Origin: Nitrospirota bacterium
Lineage (GTDB): Bacteria > Nitrospirota > UBA9217
Length of the DNA stretch: 64,000 nucleotides
Assembly: GCA_963790205.1 (NCBI GenBank)
Contig: CAWBNQ010000001.1
Location: 256,001 to 320,000 of the forward strand
Reading direction: 5' to 3'
Within the stretch, counting starts at the first letter, position 1. Every line of letters starts with the position of its first letter. Shown here one piece after another: positions 30,450 through 40,306 of the stretch. A model generated the notes under the pieces. The model made no database searches, was not told the origin of the DNA, and saw only the letters and a program-made list of their open reading frames with translations. Made by a program: the position numbers and the translations under genes.

Positions 30450-31685
30450 ATGCTGAGCGAGAAGCAGAAACTCACCAAGATCATCAATCTGGGAATTGAA
30501 ATCTCCCAGGTAAAAGACATCGACGTGCTTCTGGAGAGGATCCTGCTGGAAGCGCGCAAGCTCGTGAATGCCGACGCGGGTTCCCTCTATATAAAGGAAG
30601 GCGATAAGCTGAAGTTCAGCTACACGCAAAACGACACGCTTCAGGAGAGGCTTCCCCCGGGCAAGAAACTGATCTATTCCACCTTCTCCATACCGATCAA
30701 CAACCAATCCATCTCCGGGTATGTGGCGAACAACGGCACCATGCTGAACATACCCGATGCGTATAAACTGCGGTCGGGCCTTCCTTATTCCTTCAACAAG
30801 AGCTACGACGGCCTGTCCGGATACCGCACCCAATCGATGCTGACGTTCCCGCTCAAAACCAACCGGGGCGACACGGTCGGGGTGTTGCAGCTCATCAATG
30901 GGAAGGACGCCCGGAGCAAGGCCGCAGCCTTTTCGAAAAAGGACGAACCGCTCACCATGCACTTCGCCAACACCGCGGCCGTCGCCATCGAGCGGGCGCA
31001 GCTGACCCGCGCCATGATCCTCAGGACCATCAAGATGGCGGAACTGCGCGATCCGAAGGAAACGGGCGCCCATGTCAATCGCGTGGCCGCTTATGCCGTC
31101 ACGATCTACGAGCACTGGGCGGCAAGCCAAGGCGTCTCCCGCGACGAAATCGACAAAAACCGCGACGTTCTCCGCATGTCCGCGATGCTGCACGACGTGG
31201 GCAAGGTGGCCATTTCCGATACGATCCTCAAAAAGCCCGCAAGCTTCACGCCCGAGGAATATGAGACCATGAAGGGCCATACCTATCTGGGCGCCCGCCT
31301 CTTCACGGACCGGTATTCGGAATTCGACGAGGCCGCGTCCATCGTGGCGTTGAACCACCACGAGCGGTGGGACGGCGTTGGCTACCCCGGCCACATCAAT
31401 CCCTACGACGGCAGCACGGTCCCCGGCTTCGGGGACGCCGGTGGAAAGCCGCGGGGCAAAAAAGGCGAGGAGATCCCCTTGTTCGGCCGGGTGGTGTCGG
31501 TCGCCGATGTCTACGACGCCCTCTGTTCCCGCAGGGTATACAAGGAGCCCTGGGTTGAGGCCCGCGTGCTTGAGAACCTGATGGAAGCCAGCGGCACGCA
31601 GTTCGACCCCGAGATGATAGACGCCTTTTTTTCCTCCCTGGACTCGATCCACAGTGTCGCCGAGCGCTACCCGGACCAGCACTGA
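30450..31685 (+). CDS. GAF plus HD-GYP phosphodiesterase
   Basis: GAF (GVLQLIN); RDPKETGAH, LHDVGK, HHERWDGVGYP, VADVYDAL. Confidence 0.92.
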   Translation: MLSEKQKLTKIINLGIEISQVKDIDVLLERILLEARKLVNADAGSLYIKEGDKLKFSYTQNDTLQERLPPGKKLIYSTFSIPINNQSISGYVANNGTMLNIPDAYKLRSGLPYSFNKSYDGLSGYRTQSMLTFPLKTNRGDTVGVLQLINGKDARSKAAAFSKKDEPLTMHFANTAAVAIERAQLTRAMILRTIKMAELRDPKETGAHVNRVAAYAVTIYEHWAASQGVSRDEIDKNRDVLRMSAMLHDVGKVAISDTILKKPASFTPEEYETMKGHTYLGARLFTDRYSEFDEAASIVALNHHERWDGVGYPGHINPYDGSTVPGFGDAGGKPRGKKGEEIPLFGRVVSVADVYDALCSRRVYKEPWVEARVLENLMEASGTQFDPEMIDAFFSSLDSIHSVAERYPDQH

Positions 31686-31708
31686 AACATCCCGACGGAT
31701 TTTTGCCA

Positions 31709-32392
31709 ATGAAAAAAGACAAGACTTCCGACAAACCCGCCGCAGACTTCAAGAACAGCCCCTTCCGCTCGCTCAAAGGCCTGGCCCCCCATCCCGCGCC
31801 TCAGAAGCCCGGGTGGTCGGCGCCGTCTGTTCCCGCGCCGAAAAAACAGACTGAAGACGATGGGGCGCTGTTTCTGCGGGCCATGGCAGGAGCAAAAAAG
31901 CTGGACCAGACGGATGAAGCGCCGTTTCCGGGGGCCCGGCCGGACAAGACCGCCGGGACCGTTCCGGCAGACGACGCGGAAGAGCAGCAGCGGTTTTTGG
32001 AGGCCATGAAAAAAATGGGGCCTGTCATCCGGGCGGCGCGGCAGGAAGAGCTCGAGGAGGGGCAGCAGCGCCGCTCGGCGTCAAGCCGGATGCGCCAGCT
32101 CAAGCGCGGCACAATCAAGATCACCGAAGAGCTCGACCTGCACGGGTTCATGAAGGACGAGGCGCTTGTCCGGCTGGACCGCTTCATCGCGTCGGCTTTC
32201 GGCCGCGGACAGAAGGCCGTGCTCGTCATTACCGGCAAGGGCATCAATTCTCCCGAAGGGCCGGTGCTGCAGGGAGCGGTAGCAGCCTGGCTGCGCGAGA
32301 AGGGGAAGGGGCCGGTCGCCGAGTTCGCCCCGGCCCCCCGCGACCGGGGGGGCAGCGGCGCCTTTGTGGTGTTTATCCGGCAGAAGGGCTGA
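31709..32392 (+). CDS. Smr/MutS2 domain protein
   Basis: LDLHG, LVITGKG, GGSGAFVV. Confidence 0.9.
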   Translation: MKKDKTSDKPAADFKNSPFRSLKGLAPHPAPQKPGWSAPSVPAPKKQTEDDGALFLRAMAGAKKLDQTDEAPFPGARPDKTAGTVPADDAEEQQRFLEAMKKMGPVIRAARQEELEEGQQRRSASSRMRQLKRGTIKITEELDLHGFMKDEALVRLDRFIASAFGRGQKAVLVITGKGINSPEGPVLQGAVAAWLREKGKGPVAEFAPAPRDRGGSGAFVVFIRQKG

Positions 32393-32423
32393 AAAGAAAG
32401 GGGCGGGCTGCGGTAATTGTTCG

Positions 32424-32885
32424 TCAGTGTTTCTGATCACACAATGCGTCTGAGGAGCGGGAAAGCGCCGAATTCTTGCCAAGGTCTTTGCATCCGCGGG
32501 AGCCCCCGGCCGGCGCCTCCTGTGCGCGGCCTCCCGAGGTATCCTCCGGCGCGACACCCTCGGGACAGCCCTGCGTTTCATGGATTTTTTTCATTTCACG
32601 ATACGTAATGATAAACCCATGGGGCGATGACCGCTCCTCGTTTTTGACATGATGATAAAAATCGCACTTCCAGCACCCCGGGAATTTCTTCGCCGTTGTT
32701 TCCCGCATTAAGTCCGGACACAGCGAATTATCAATGGTCCAGCACGCCCTTCCGGCGTTTTCCCCGCCATGAACGCCGTTCAGCTCCTCATAAACGGAGA
32801 CAGGACACACGCCGGAGCCTGTTGCCGAGCGCCCTCCCGGATGGCGGCCGCACTTCATATATTCCCAGCAATTCAGCTTTTTCAT
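32424..32885 (-). CDS. Two-CW-domain Cys-rich protein
   Basis: [10 protein letters not shown]...CPV...GRACW...C...CWKCDFY pattern; tail may be extended by frameshift. Confidence 0.7.
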   Translation of the reverse strand: MKKLNCWEYMKCGRHPGGRSATGSGVCPVSVYEELNGVHGGENAGRACWTIDNSLCPDLMRETTAKKFPGCWKCDFYHHVKNEERSSPHGFIITYREMKKIHETQGCPEGVAPEDTSGGRAQEAPAGGSRGCKDLGKNSALSRSSDALCDQKH

Positions 32886-33194
32886 TATGCCCCTGCGTCA
32901 GTTCCCGGAATACCTTGCCGGTTGTTCACTGATGTTCGGACCGCGCCTTTTTACTCTCGCCCTCAGTATGCATACAATAATGCCCGCGGTAAATCGCCCG
33001 AGACGGGTATTTTCGGGGTATATGCAAAATACAACGACGCAGGTCAAGACCGCGCCCGAAGATCCGGGACGGCTCCGGCGATGCGCGCTCCTTTTCGTCA
33101 AAGCCGGGCTGATTGTCCTGTTGACAATTGGGCCGCCCGGCATTACAATCCTGTGCAATCACAGCACACTGCCAACCTTGAAGGAGAGACAACC

Positions 33195-34388
33195 GTGGCG
33201 ATAACCGTAAAAAATCCGATCGTCGAGATGGACGGCGACGAGATGACGCGGATCATCTGGAAGATGATCAAGGACAAGCTGCTCCTGCCTCATCTTGCGC
33301 TGGACCTCGACTATTACGACCTCGGCGTCAAGCGCCGGGACGAGACCGACGACCAGGTGACGATCGATGCAGCGAACGCGGTCAAAGAACACGGCGTGGG
33401 GGTGAAATGCGCGACCATAACGCCGAACGCGGCGCGGGTCAAAGAATACAGCCTCAAGCAGGCATGGAAGAGCCCGAACGGGACGATCCGTTCCATCCTC
33501 GACGGCACGGTCTTCAGAAAGCCGATCATCGTCAGGAACATCCCGCCCGCGGTGCGGAGCTGGAAGAAACCGATCTCGATCGGCAGGCACGCCTACGGCG
33601 ATATCTACCGGTCCGTTGAGTTCAAGGTCCCCGGTGCCGGGACGGCGGAGCTCGTGTTCACGCCCGCGGCCGGAGGCGAACGGGTATCGCTCCCCATTCA
33701 CGAATTCAAAGGCCCCGGCGTGGTCATGGGCATGCACAACACGGAGAAATCGATCAGGAGCTTCTCACGCGCCTGCATCAACTATGCGTTGGGAGAAAAG
33801 TGCGACCTCTGGTTCGGCGCAAAGGACACCATATCCAAGACCTATCACGCGTTCTTCAGGGAAGTCTTCGACCAGGAGGCCGGGGCAAAGAAGGCCGAGT
33901 TCGAGAAGGCCGGGGCCAGATACCGCTACATGCTGATCGACGACGCCGTGGCGCAGATCATGAAAGCGGAAGGCGGGATGCTCTGGGCCTGCATGAACTA
34001 CGACGGCGACGTGATGAGCGACATGGTGGCCTCGGGCTTCGGCAGCCTGGGCCTGATGACGTCCGTCCTCGTCTCGCCCGAAGGCAAGTACGTTTACGAG
34101 GCGGCCCACGGCACGGTCATGCGCCACTATTACGAGCACCTCAAGGGGAACCCCACGTCGACCAACTCCGTTGCCTCCATCTTCGCCTGGACCGGGGCCA
34201 TCGCGCGGCGCGGAGAGCTTGACGGCACGCGCGACGTTGTCGAGTTCGCGCGAAGGCTGGAAGCCATCGTGGTCAGGACCATCGAGGACGGGACCATGAC
34301 CAAGGACCTCGCCGCGATCGCCGAGCCGAGGCCGGGCAAGTACGCGCTCACCGAGGAGTTCATCGATGCGGTCGCGAAACAACTTTGA
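33195..34388 (+). CDS. icd: NADP-dependent isocitrate dehydrogenase
   Basis: [42 protein letters not shown] start after AAGGAG. Confidence 0.95.
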   Translation: MAITVKNPIVEMDGDEMTRIIWKMIKDKLLLPHLALDLDYYDLGVKRRDETDDQVTIDAANAVKEHGVGVKCATITPNAARVKEYSLKQAWKSPNGTIRSILDGTVFRKPIIVRNIPPAVRSWKKPISIGRHAYGDIYRSVEFKVPGAGTAELVFTPAAGGERVSLPIHEFKGPGVVMGMHNTEKSIRSFSRACINYALGEKCDLWFGAKDTISKTYHAFFREVFDQEAGAKKAEFEKAGARYRYMLIDDAVAQIMKAEGGMLWACMNYDGDVMSDMVASGFGSLGLMTSVLVSPEGKYVYEAAHGTVMRHYYEHLKGNPTSTNSVASIFAWTGAIARRGELDGTRDVVEFARRLEAIVVRTIEDGTMTKDLAAIAEPRPGKYALTEEFIDAVAKQL

Positions 34389-34429
34389 TCTGCCTTCAAT
34401 AACCCGATTTCTTCCGCGCATCCGCGGCG

Positions 34430-34864
34430 CTATTTGCAGTTGCCGACCCTCCTGCCGCTGACGTGTTGCACCATCTTCGACGAGCCGTGCTTCTTGTCAG
34501 GGGTCAGCATGGTCAGGGTGCCCTGGTAGGATGTTGATCCCTTGTAGAGCATTTCTCCGCTTCCCGTGCTGCCGTTCTTGCACTGCATGTTCCAGGTCAC
34601 TTTGCCGCCTGAAACAACGTAGTCCTTGACCGTGCAGTCATTTTTTTTGCCCGGGGAATTGGGGACCGTTCTTTTCGGGTCCTTCAGGTCCTCTTTGGTG
34701 ATGCACTGGGTGAACACGATCGGCGGCATGGGGAAGGGCGCACCCGGCATGTCCATTTTCATGGTAACCTCCCATTTCCCCTCCTGCATGGCGGCTGGCG
34801 CGGCGAACAGTGCTGCAGCGGGCAGGGCTGCGATGAACGCGATGATCAATCCGGTCTTCTTCAT
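34430..34864 (-). CDS. Secreted DUF3617-family protein
   Basis: Signal peptide; GKWEVT, QCIT, C...C, terminal GRRVGNC. Confidence 0.78.
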   Translation of the reverse strand: MKKTGLIIAFIAALPAAALFAAPAAMQEGKWEVTMKMDMPGAPFPMPPIVFTQCITKEDLKDPKRTVPNSPGKKNDCTVKDYVVSGGKVTWNMQCKNGSTGSGEMLYKGSTSYQGTLTMLTPDKKHGSSKMVQHVSGRRVGNCK

Positions 34865-35241
34865 GGCAATATCTCCTTTCTCGTGTTTTGTAAAGCATAG
34901 CGGACGCGTCCTTTCCTGTCAACAGCCGATGCTACGCCGCATTCTGAAGTCTTCATTCTTACTTCATACTTCCTTACTTCGAAATCTGATTTCCCTCCTC
35001 CCGAAAACCTTCAGGAATTTCGAAGCGAAAACTCAGGGAATCCCCGATGCCGATTTTCTTACGCCTCCGCCGTCTTTGCTTGATTTTTCGGGATAAGTGT
35101 ACTATCCTCGTGGTGAACAGAATAAGGAAGAAGTGGGAATTAAGAAGGATGAAATAAAGAGAGGTTCATTTTCATGCTTCTTAATTCTTAATTGATGTAA
35201 ACATAATTCCTAATTCATACTTCTTAATTGGAGGTTGCTTC

Positions 35242-35727
35242 ATGAACACGAATAAGCCGTCTCGCACTGTTCCTTTCATCTTCGGATTGGTACTGGGTGT
35301 CCTGGGCGCGGTCTTCCTGCCCAACTACGTGCGGCCCTACATCCCCGAGTGGGTGACGGGCAAGGCGCCTGTCGTCGTCAAAGGGACCGTCACGGCCAAG
35401 CTGAAAAAAGACCATGCTCTTCTTCTGACCGTGGATACGCCCGACGGCGTGCTTTTGGCCACCTTCAAGAAGAAGGTCGACGAGATCAACCTTCTGGTCA
35501 ACGAGAAAGACGAGCTCGAATTTACCCTGCCGAAGTACATGCCCTTTATCGACGACCCGAAGATCATACGGGTTGTAAAAGAACAGCCGGCGGCCCCCGG
35601 ACCGGCCCCTGAAGCCAAGCCTGCGGATAAAAGCACAAAGGAAGTTAAACCCAGGCGGCGGGAGAAACCGCAGGCCGCTCCCCCGGCTCCCGGCGCAACA
35701 GAAATGAAACCGAAGGAGAACAAGTAA
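35242..35727 (+). CDS. Hypothetical membrane-anchored protein with Pro/Lys-rich tail
   Basis: GGAGG RBS, N-terminal TM helix, genome-typical codon usage. Confidence 0.7.
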   Translation: MNTNKPSRTVPFIFGLVLGVLGAVFLPNYVRPYIPEWVTGKAPVVVKGTVTAKLKKDHALLLTVDTPDGVLLATFKKKVDEINLLVNEKDELEFTLPKYMPFIDDPKIIRVVKEQPAAPGPAPEAKPADKSTKEVKPRRREKPQAAPPAPGATEMKPKENK

Positions 35728-35826
35728 GAAGGGAAAGCAAGTATGAAGTAAGAATGCAGAAGTAGGAAATTTGTTTTCTTAATTCATAATACTTACTTCT
35801 TAATTTTGTTTAATGAAGGGCCGATA
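35725..35826. repeat. Heptamer-periodic AT-rich inverted repeat family; related copies near 34943-34983, 35120-35230, 38145-38243, 50117-50178
   Basis: AAGTAAG/AAGTAGG units facing TTCTTAA/CTTACTT units; the 35725 and 38145 copies both end in TGAAGGGCYGATA. Confidence 0.6.
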
Positions 35827-36049
35827 ATATTCTGGAGATCATCAAGCATTTGTCCACAGACCTTATGATTAACGCAGATGGATTCTGGTTTAAAAGGAAG
35901 ACTTGCTTTTTCTGCGTGCTCTGCGACATCTGCGGATAAAATAGGTTCTGGAAGAAGTTTGTCCACAGACCTTATGATTAAAAAGGCAAGTCTGACTTAA
36001 GGTATATTAGGTCTATCCCGGACCAAAATACACCAAAAGGAGACTTGCC

Positions 36050-37120
36050 ATGAATAACGTTAGCAGACTCGATTTCACTGGTCAACAAATTTATGTCGGT
36101 ATGGACATTCATAAGAAAAGTTGGAGCATCAGTATTTTTACCGATCAGTTCGAGCATAAGACCTTTTCACAACCTCCGGAGGTCGGGGTGCTGGTAAACT
36201 ATCTCAAACGCAATTTTCCGGGTGCAGCCTATAAGTCGGTCTATGAGGCCGGTTACTCCGGTTTCTGGATACATGACCGGCTTCAGGAGCGAGGCATACA
36301 ATGTCTCGTGGTCAATCCGGCGGATGTGCCCACAAAAGACAAAGAGCGCGCAGGCAAGACCGACCGGGTGGACTGCCGCAAGCTAGCCCGGAGCCTCAGA
36401 AACGGCGACATCGAAGGGATCTATGTCCCTACGCGACCAAAAGTCGAGGACCGCAGCCTCCTTCGTACTCGAAATAGCATGGTAAGGAAACAAACTCGCT
36501 GCAAGAACCAGATCAAGTCGATCCTGAGCTTTTACGGTATCGACATACCGGACGATTTCATCAACGGTTACTGGTCCAAACGCTTCATCAATTGGATCGA
36601 GTCCGTACAAATGGAGCGGGCCAGCGGCAACCTATCACTCAAGATACACTTAGACGAGCTTAAGCATCTTCGGCATATCATTGCCGAGATGAACCGGGCG
36701 ATCCGCGCCCTGGCCAATTCGGACGACTATCGGAACAATGTCCGGATACTTAAGACCGTGCCGGGAATCAGTACCTTGACCGCGATGATGCTCTTGACGG
36801 AGCTGTATGACATCAATCGTTTCAAGACGCTCGACAAACTCTGCAGCTACGTTGGCCTTATCCCCGATACCGATTCCAGCGGGGAAAAGGACCTTAAAAC
36901 CGGCATGACCGGCAGGCGGAACGCCCAGCTTCGCTTCGTCTTGATCGAAAGCGCTTGGACGGCGGTGCGAAAAGACCCTGCCCTAATGATGGCGTTCAAT
37001 GAGCTGTGCAAACACATGACAAAGACCAAAGCTATCGTTCGGATCGCCCGGAAGCTGTTAAACCGCGTCCGGTACGTTTTAAAGAACCAACAAGAATACA
37101 CTACGGCGGTTGTTCAATAA
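36050..37120 (+). CDS. IS110 DEDD recombinase/transposase, intact
   Basis: GMDIHK, YEAG, KTDRVD, LKTVPGI, YVGLIP...SSG. Confidence 0.95.
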   Translation: MNNVSRLDFTGQQIYVGMDIHKKSWSISIFTDQFEHKTFSQPPEVGVLVNYLKRNFPGAAYKSVYEAGYSGFWIHDRLQERGIQCLVVNPADVPTKDKERAGKTDRVDCRKLARSLRNGDIEGIYVPTRPKVEDRSLLRTRNSMVRKQTRCKNQIKSILSFYGIDIPDDFINGYWSKRFINWIESVQMERASGNLSLKIHLDELKHLRHIIAEMNRAIRALANSDDYRNNVRILKTVPGISTLTAMMLLTELYDINRFKTLDKLCSYVGLIPDTDSSGEKDLKTGMTGRRNAQLRFVLIESAWTAVRKDPALMMAFNELCKHMTKTKAIVRIARKLLNRVRYVLKNQQEYTTAVVQ

Positions 37121-37368
37121 AAAACCGATATTTATAGCCGATCTTAAACCCGTGTTTCACCGTGGGTATCGTCTTGCGTAATCTACAGCGGATCGAAAGA
37201 TGCCGTCTGTGCTTCCACAGACTACGAACCCACGCCTTCATAATTAATCAAGGCAATGCAGCGTTTTCTTCATCAACGAAGACTGTCTGCTCATAGAAGA
37301 TTGGGTTTGAAGATTGCGTTCGCTATAAATCGCTCCTTAATAAAAGAGATGCGTTTATGCCAAAAGAA
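37121..37368 (+). ncRNA. Putative bridge/seek RNA of the IS110 element
   Basis: Stem 37161-37172/37224-37234 and inner GAAA-capped stem enclose an internal loop carrying GCGTAATCT and TCCACAGA (target matches); CATAGAAGA at 37292-37300 matches the element end. Confidence 0.72.
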
Positions 37369-37496
37369 AGACTTGCTTTTTAACATAGAAGATTACACAG
37401 ATCACACAGATGAATGCTTGGGTTTTAAATCCAGAAGTCTTTTGGTTTTATCTGCGGCCATCTGCGCCATCTGCGGATAGATAGGTCTGAATTTTG

Positions 37497-37685
37497 ATGT
37501 CAAAGAGCCCATTTGTAGATGAAGAGCTGTGCATAGGCTGCGGCCACTGCATGGAAGTTTGTCCCCAGGTTTTCGAGCTCATCAACGAGAAGTCGAACGT
37601 GATCGGGCCGGACAAGTGCGGCACCTGCAACTGCCAGGAAGCGATCGATACCTGCCCGGTGCAGGCGATCAGCTGGGAGGAGTAG
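37497..37685 (+). CDS. Small single-cluster ferredoxin
   Basis: CIGCGHC...CP..F and CPVQAI. Confidence 0.88.
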   Translation: MSKSPFVDEELCIGCGHCMEVCPQVFELINEKSNVIGPDKCGTCNCQEAIDTCPVQAISWEE

Positions 37686-37709
37686 GGGGCGAAGAGGAAT
37701 AACCCTATC

Positions 37710-38120
37710 ATGAAAAAACAAGTCGAGTATCTGCAGAAGCTGTTTTACGACATCTGGAATGATTTCGGAAGCGTCTATCTCATCGTAAAATACTCAGACA
37801 GATCCAGCATCGGCAAACGCGGTTTTACCGAAGAAGAGAAGAAGCAGGGACTCATCCTCGTCTTTAACAACAAGACCGGCAATACGCTGGACTGGGATGC
37901 CGAGGGAAACCTCACCTGCGTCCTCGCCTTTGGTGAACGGAAAGAAGAGCTCTCCATCCATCACGATGACCTGCTGGGCGTGTTCTCGTCGGAAGCAGGA
38001 GTGCAGTTTCTGAGAGGCGATGCGAGCAAAGAACCGGCGGCAGCACCCGGGACGGATGCCGTGCAGGGTGACGATAAACAGGTCGTTTCGATGAGCAGTT
38101 TTAAAAAAAGAAAGAAATAG
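37710..38120 (+). CDS. Hypothetical protein, possibly SspB-like ClpXP adaptor
   Basis: beta-rich core (LILVF...LAFG...LSI...VF) and C-terminal VVSMSSFKKRKK tail resembling alphaproteobacterial-type SspB. Confidence 0.5.
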   Translation: MKKQVEYLQKLFYDIWNDFGSVYLIVKYSDRSSIGKRGFTEEEKKQGLILVFNNKTGNTLDWDAEGNLTCVLAFGERKEELSIHHDDLLGVFSSEAGVQFLRGDASKEPAAAPGTDAVQGDDKQVVSMSSFKKRKK

Positions 38121-38697
38121 ATCGCAGGCGGGATATATTATAAAGCGTAAGCAGGTAAGAGTAGGATTTATGAAGTAAGAAATTTTTCATAATTCATAAT
38201 TCTTACTTCGTAATTCTTAATTGTTGTGAGTGAAGGGCTGATATGCCGCCTGTAAAATAAGAGGTTGCCTTATTTTAGTTTTTGTGTAAAATCTAAAATA
38301 ACCAGCATGCTTGTTTTAGCATAACACGCTAGCCGCTGAAAAAGTCCTCTTGAAGAAGGAAGGCGAATTTTAGGGACGTTGATACCCAGCGTGCAAAAAG
38401 TTTTCCCGTACTTCGAAGGCTGGCAAGAAGATGTTGTTGTTGAAATGGCGTGAAGAGAAAAGGCCGAGAGGAAGAGCTCATGCCGTCGGCGACATCGGCA
38501 TATCCACGATCACCTTTGCGGAACTTCGCTACGGCGTCTCCAAGAGCCAGCACATCCAAAAAAAACCAGCAAGCCCTCGATGAGTTCATTCTCCCCCTCG
38601 AAATCGCGGACTTCGATGAAAAGGCGACCCAGGAATACGGAGCAATCCGGGCAGCGCTCGAAAGAGCAGGGTGAACTGCACCCCTGAGTTTGGACAG

Positions 38698-39519
38698 TTA
38701 GCTTAGAGTAATCGGACAGGGTGCTTTTTGAATCTGATTTATCAGCATTGCCTCGTATTCAGTTGGAGGAACGTAATCCAGTGAGGCATGTAGTCGTTCC
38801 TGATTATACACTTGCTCGATGAAGTATGGAAGCCGTCTGAGAACGTCATCCAGGGTCCGGTATTCCCAGAGATAGACTTCCTCGGTCTTTACGGTTTTCA
38901 TGAAGCTTTCGGCGAAGGCGTTGTCGTACGGATTGCCACTCCGAGACATGCTAATCTGGAAACCATGGCTTTTTAGCTCGTCGATGTAGTCATGAGCTGC
39001 ATACTGTACTCCTCGGTCCGAATGGTGAATCGCGCCGGGAAGGGGGTTTCTGCTCTGGATCGCCATCCGAAGCGCTGAGAGGCTCAATGCCGTGTCGATA
39101 TTCCGTGAGATGGCATATCCAATTGCTTTCCGCGAACAGAGATCCAGAATAACCGCCAGGTATACGAAGCCGACTGCGATCCGGATATAGGTGATATCGG
39201 CAACCCATACCTGATTGAGGCTGGTTACCCGCAGGTCTTTAGTCAGGTTCGGATATACGGGATAAGGATGGTTGCTGTCAGTGGTTCTGACGAAGCGCCT
39301 GGTTTTCTTGACCAGAAGGCCCTTTTCCCGCATGATCCGGTGCACTTTTTTGTGGTTTACCGGGACAGCTTCCCGATGCAGCTGACGAGTGACTTTCCGA
39401 TACCCGGCTTTCGGGAACTCTTCGGTGATTTCCTCGATCCGGTTGACCAGGACCTGGTCCTCAGGGAGCAGTTCCTGTTTCTTTGAATTATAATAGTAGC
39501 TGCTTCGAGGGAGCTTCAT
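38698..39519 (-). CDS. IS3 transposase OrfB (integrase core)
   Basis: WVADITY, HHSDRGVQY, DNAFAESF. Confidence 0.95.
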   Translation of the reverse strand: MKLPRSSYYYNSKKQELLPEDQVLVNRIEEITEEFPKAGYRKVTRQLHREAVPVNHKKVHRIMREKGLLVKKTRRFVRTTDSNHPYPVYPNLTKDLRVTSLNQVWVADITYIRIAVGFVYLAVILDLCSRKAIGYAISRNIDTALSLSALRMAIQSRNPLPGAIHHSDRGVQYAAHDYIDELKSHGFQISMSRSGNPYDNAFAESFMKTVKTEEVYLWEYRTLDDVLRRLPYFIEQVYNQERLHASLDYVPPTEYEAMLINQIQKAPCPITLS

Positions 39520-39869
39520 GAGTTCGCACCCCCTCGTGACGGTTTTGATAAGGTCTCGGTGGTCGGTAATGAACTGCCTTTTTTTCGGGACTGATCGAAG
39601 CTCTGATGCAGCGCTTTTTTTAAAAACTCATTTTCCAGGTGAGCTTTTCCGAGCGCCTGCTCCAACTGGCCGATACGTTCTTCCAAAGCAGCTTCTTTGG
39701 CAGAGTCGGCCTCGAAGCTGTTTTTGATAAACTGCTTCCTCCAATGATACAGAAGCCCGGAGGAAATGCTGTGTCTCCGGCAGAGCTGGGCCGCAGTGCT
39801 GACCCCGCTCAAGTATTCTTCAACAACTTGGCGCTTGAATTCGGTACTGAACTTCCTCTGTTTGCTCAT
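39516..39869 (-). CDS. IS3 transposase OrfA
   Basis: RKFSTEFK HTH, ENEFLKKA. Confidence 0.92.
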   Translation of the reverse strand: MSKQRKFSTEFKRQVVEEYLSGVSTAAQLCRRHSISSGLLYHWRKQFIKNSFEADSAKEAALEERIGQLEQALGKAHLENEFLKKALHQSFDQSRKKGSSLPTTETLSKPSRGGANS

Positions 39870-40306
39870 GACAAGATCCTTTCTGCCCCTCGGGGCTGAA
39901 GATCCTGTCCGACATTCTAACATATTTGTCTAAACGGAGGGGGTCAGTTCAGGGAAGCCCACCGGATCAATGGGCATGCTGATAGGAGCGCACGCTTTTC
40001 GCTCTCGGCGCGACTCTTGTTACCAATAACACCAAAGAGTTTAAGCAAATAAGGAACCTGAAGATCGTAGATGGAGCGCGTAGCCGGCTTAGAGGACATT
40101 CTAGGCCAGGTCTTTGACGTTTAAACACCCAAGTCAGGGCTATAGTGTTTGCCTTTCGCGTTTTCGCTCGGAATCCCCCGCGACCTCTCAGGGTTGCGCC
40201 GCTGTTGACACCTGCCCGTTCCTGACCTATATTTCCCCGAAAGAATTGATGCAAGCCGCATGATGCTCACCTGACAACAGGATCCTGTGATAGAGAGGTG
40301 TCAACC

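Larger units (their letters stand above)
35970..37392 (+). mobile_element. IS110-family element, IS1111-type, inserted in a REP-like repeat
   Basis: Subterminal IRs TTAAAAAGGCAAGTCT (35978-35993) and AGACTTGCTTTTTAA (37369-37383); flanks rejoin to TCCACAGA|TTACACAGAT; long 3' non-coding end. Confidence 0.85.
38672..39951 (-). mobile_element. IS3-family element, copy 1 (1280 bp, TSD GGG)
   Basis: TGAACTG-type terminal IRs; GGG at 38669-38671 and 39952-39954. Confidence 0.95.
38478..40085 (+). pseudogene. vapC: VapC/PIN toxin relic split by IS3
   Basis: IGISTITFAELRYGVSKSQ...LDEFILPLEIADFD...YGAIRAALERAG before the IS and KPTGSM.MLIGAHA...LVTNNTKEFKQI after it; 5' end missing, extra frameshifts. 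Confidence 0.8.

Noticed and set aside
32769..33194. 142-aa N-terminal extension of Icd
   Set aside because: Overlaps the divergent two-CW gene and promoter region; an RBS plus GTG at 33195 gives the normal length.
35849..35981. CRISPR-like 24-bp direct repeat
   Set aside because: Only two copies, explained by the IS110 junction; no cas genes in the window.
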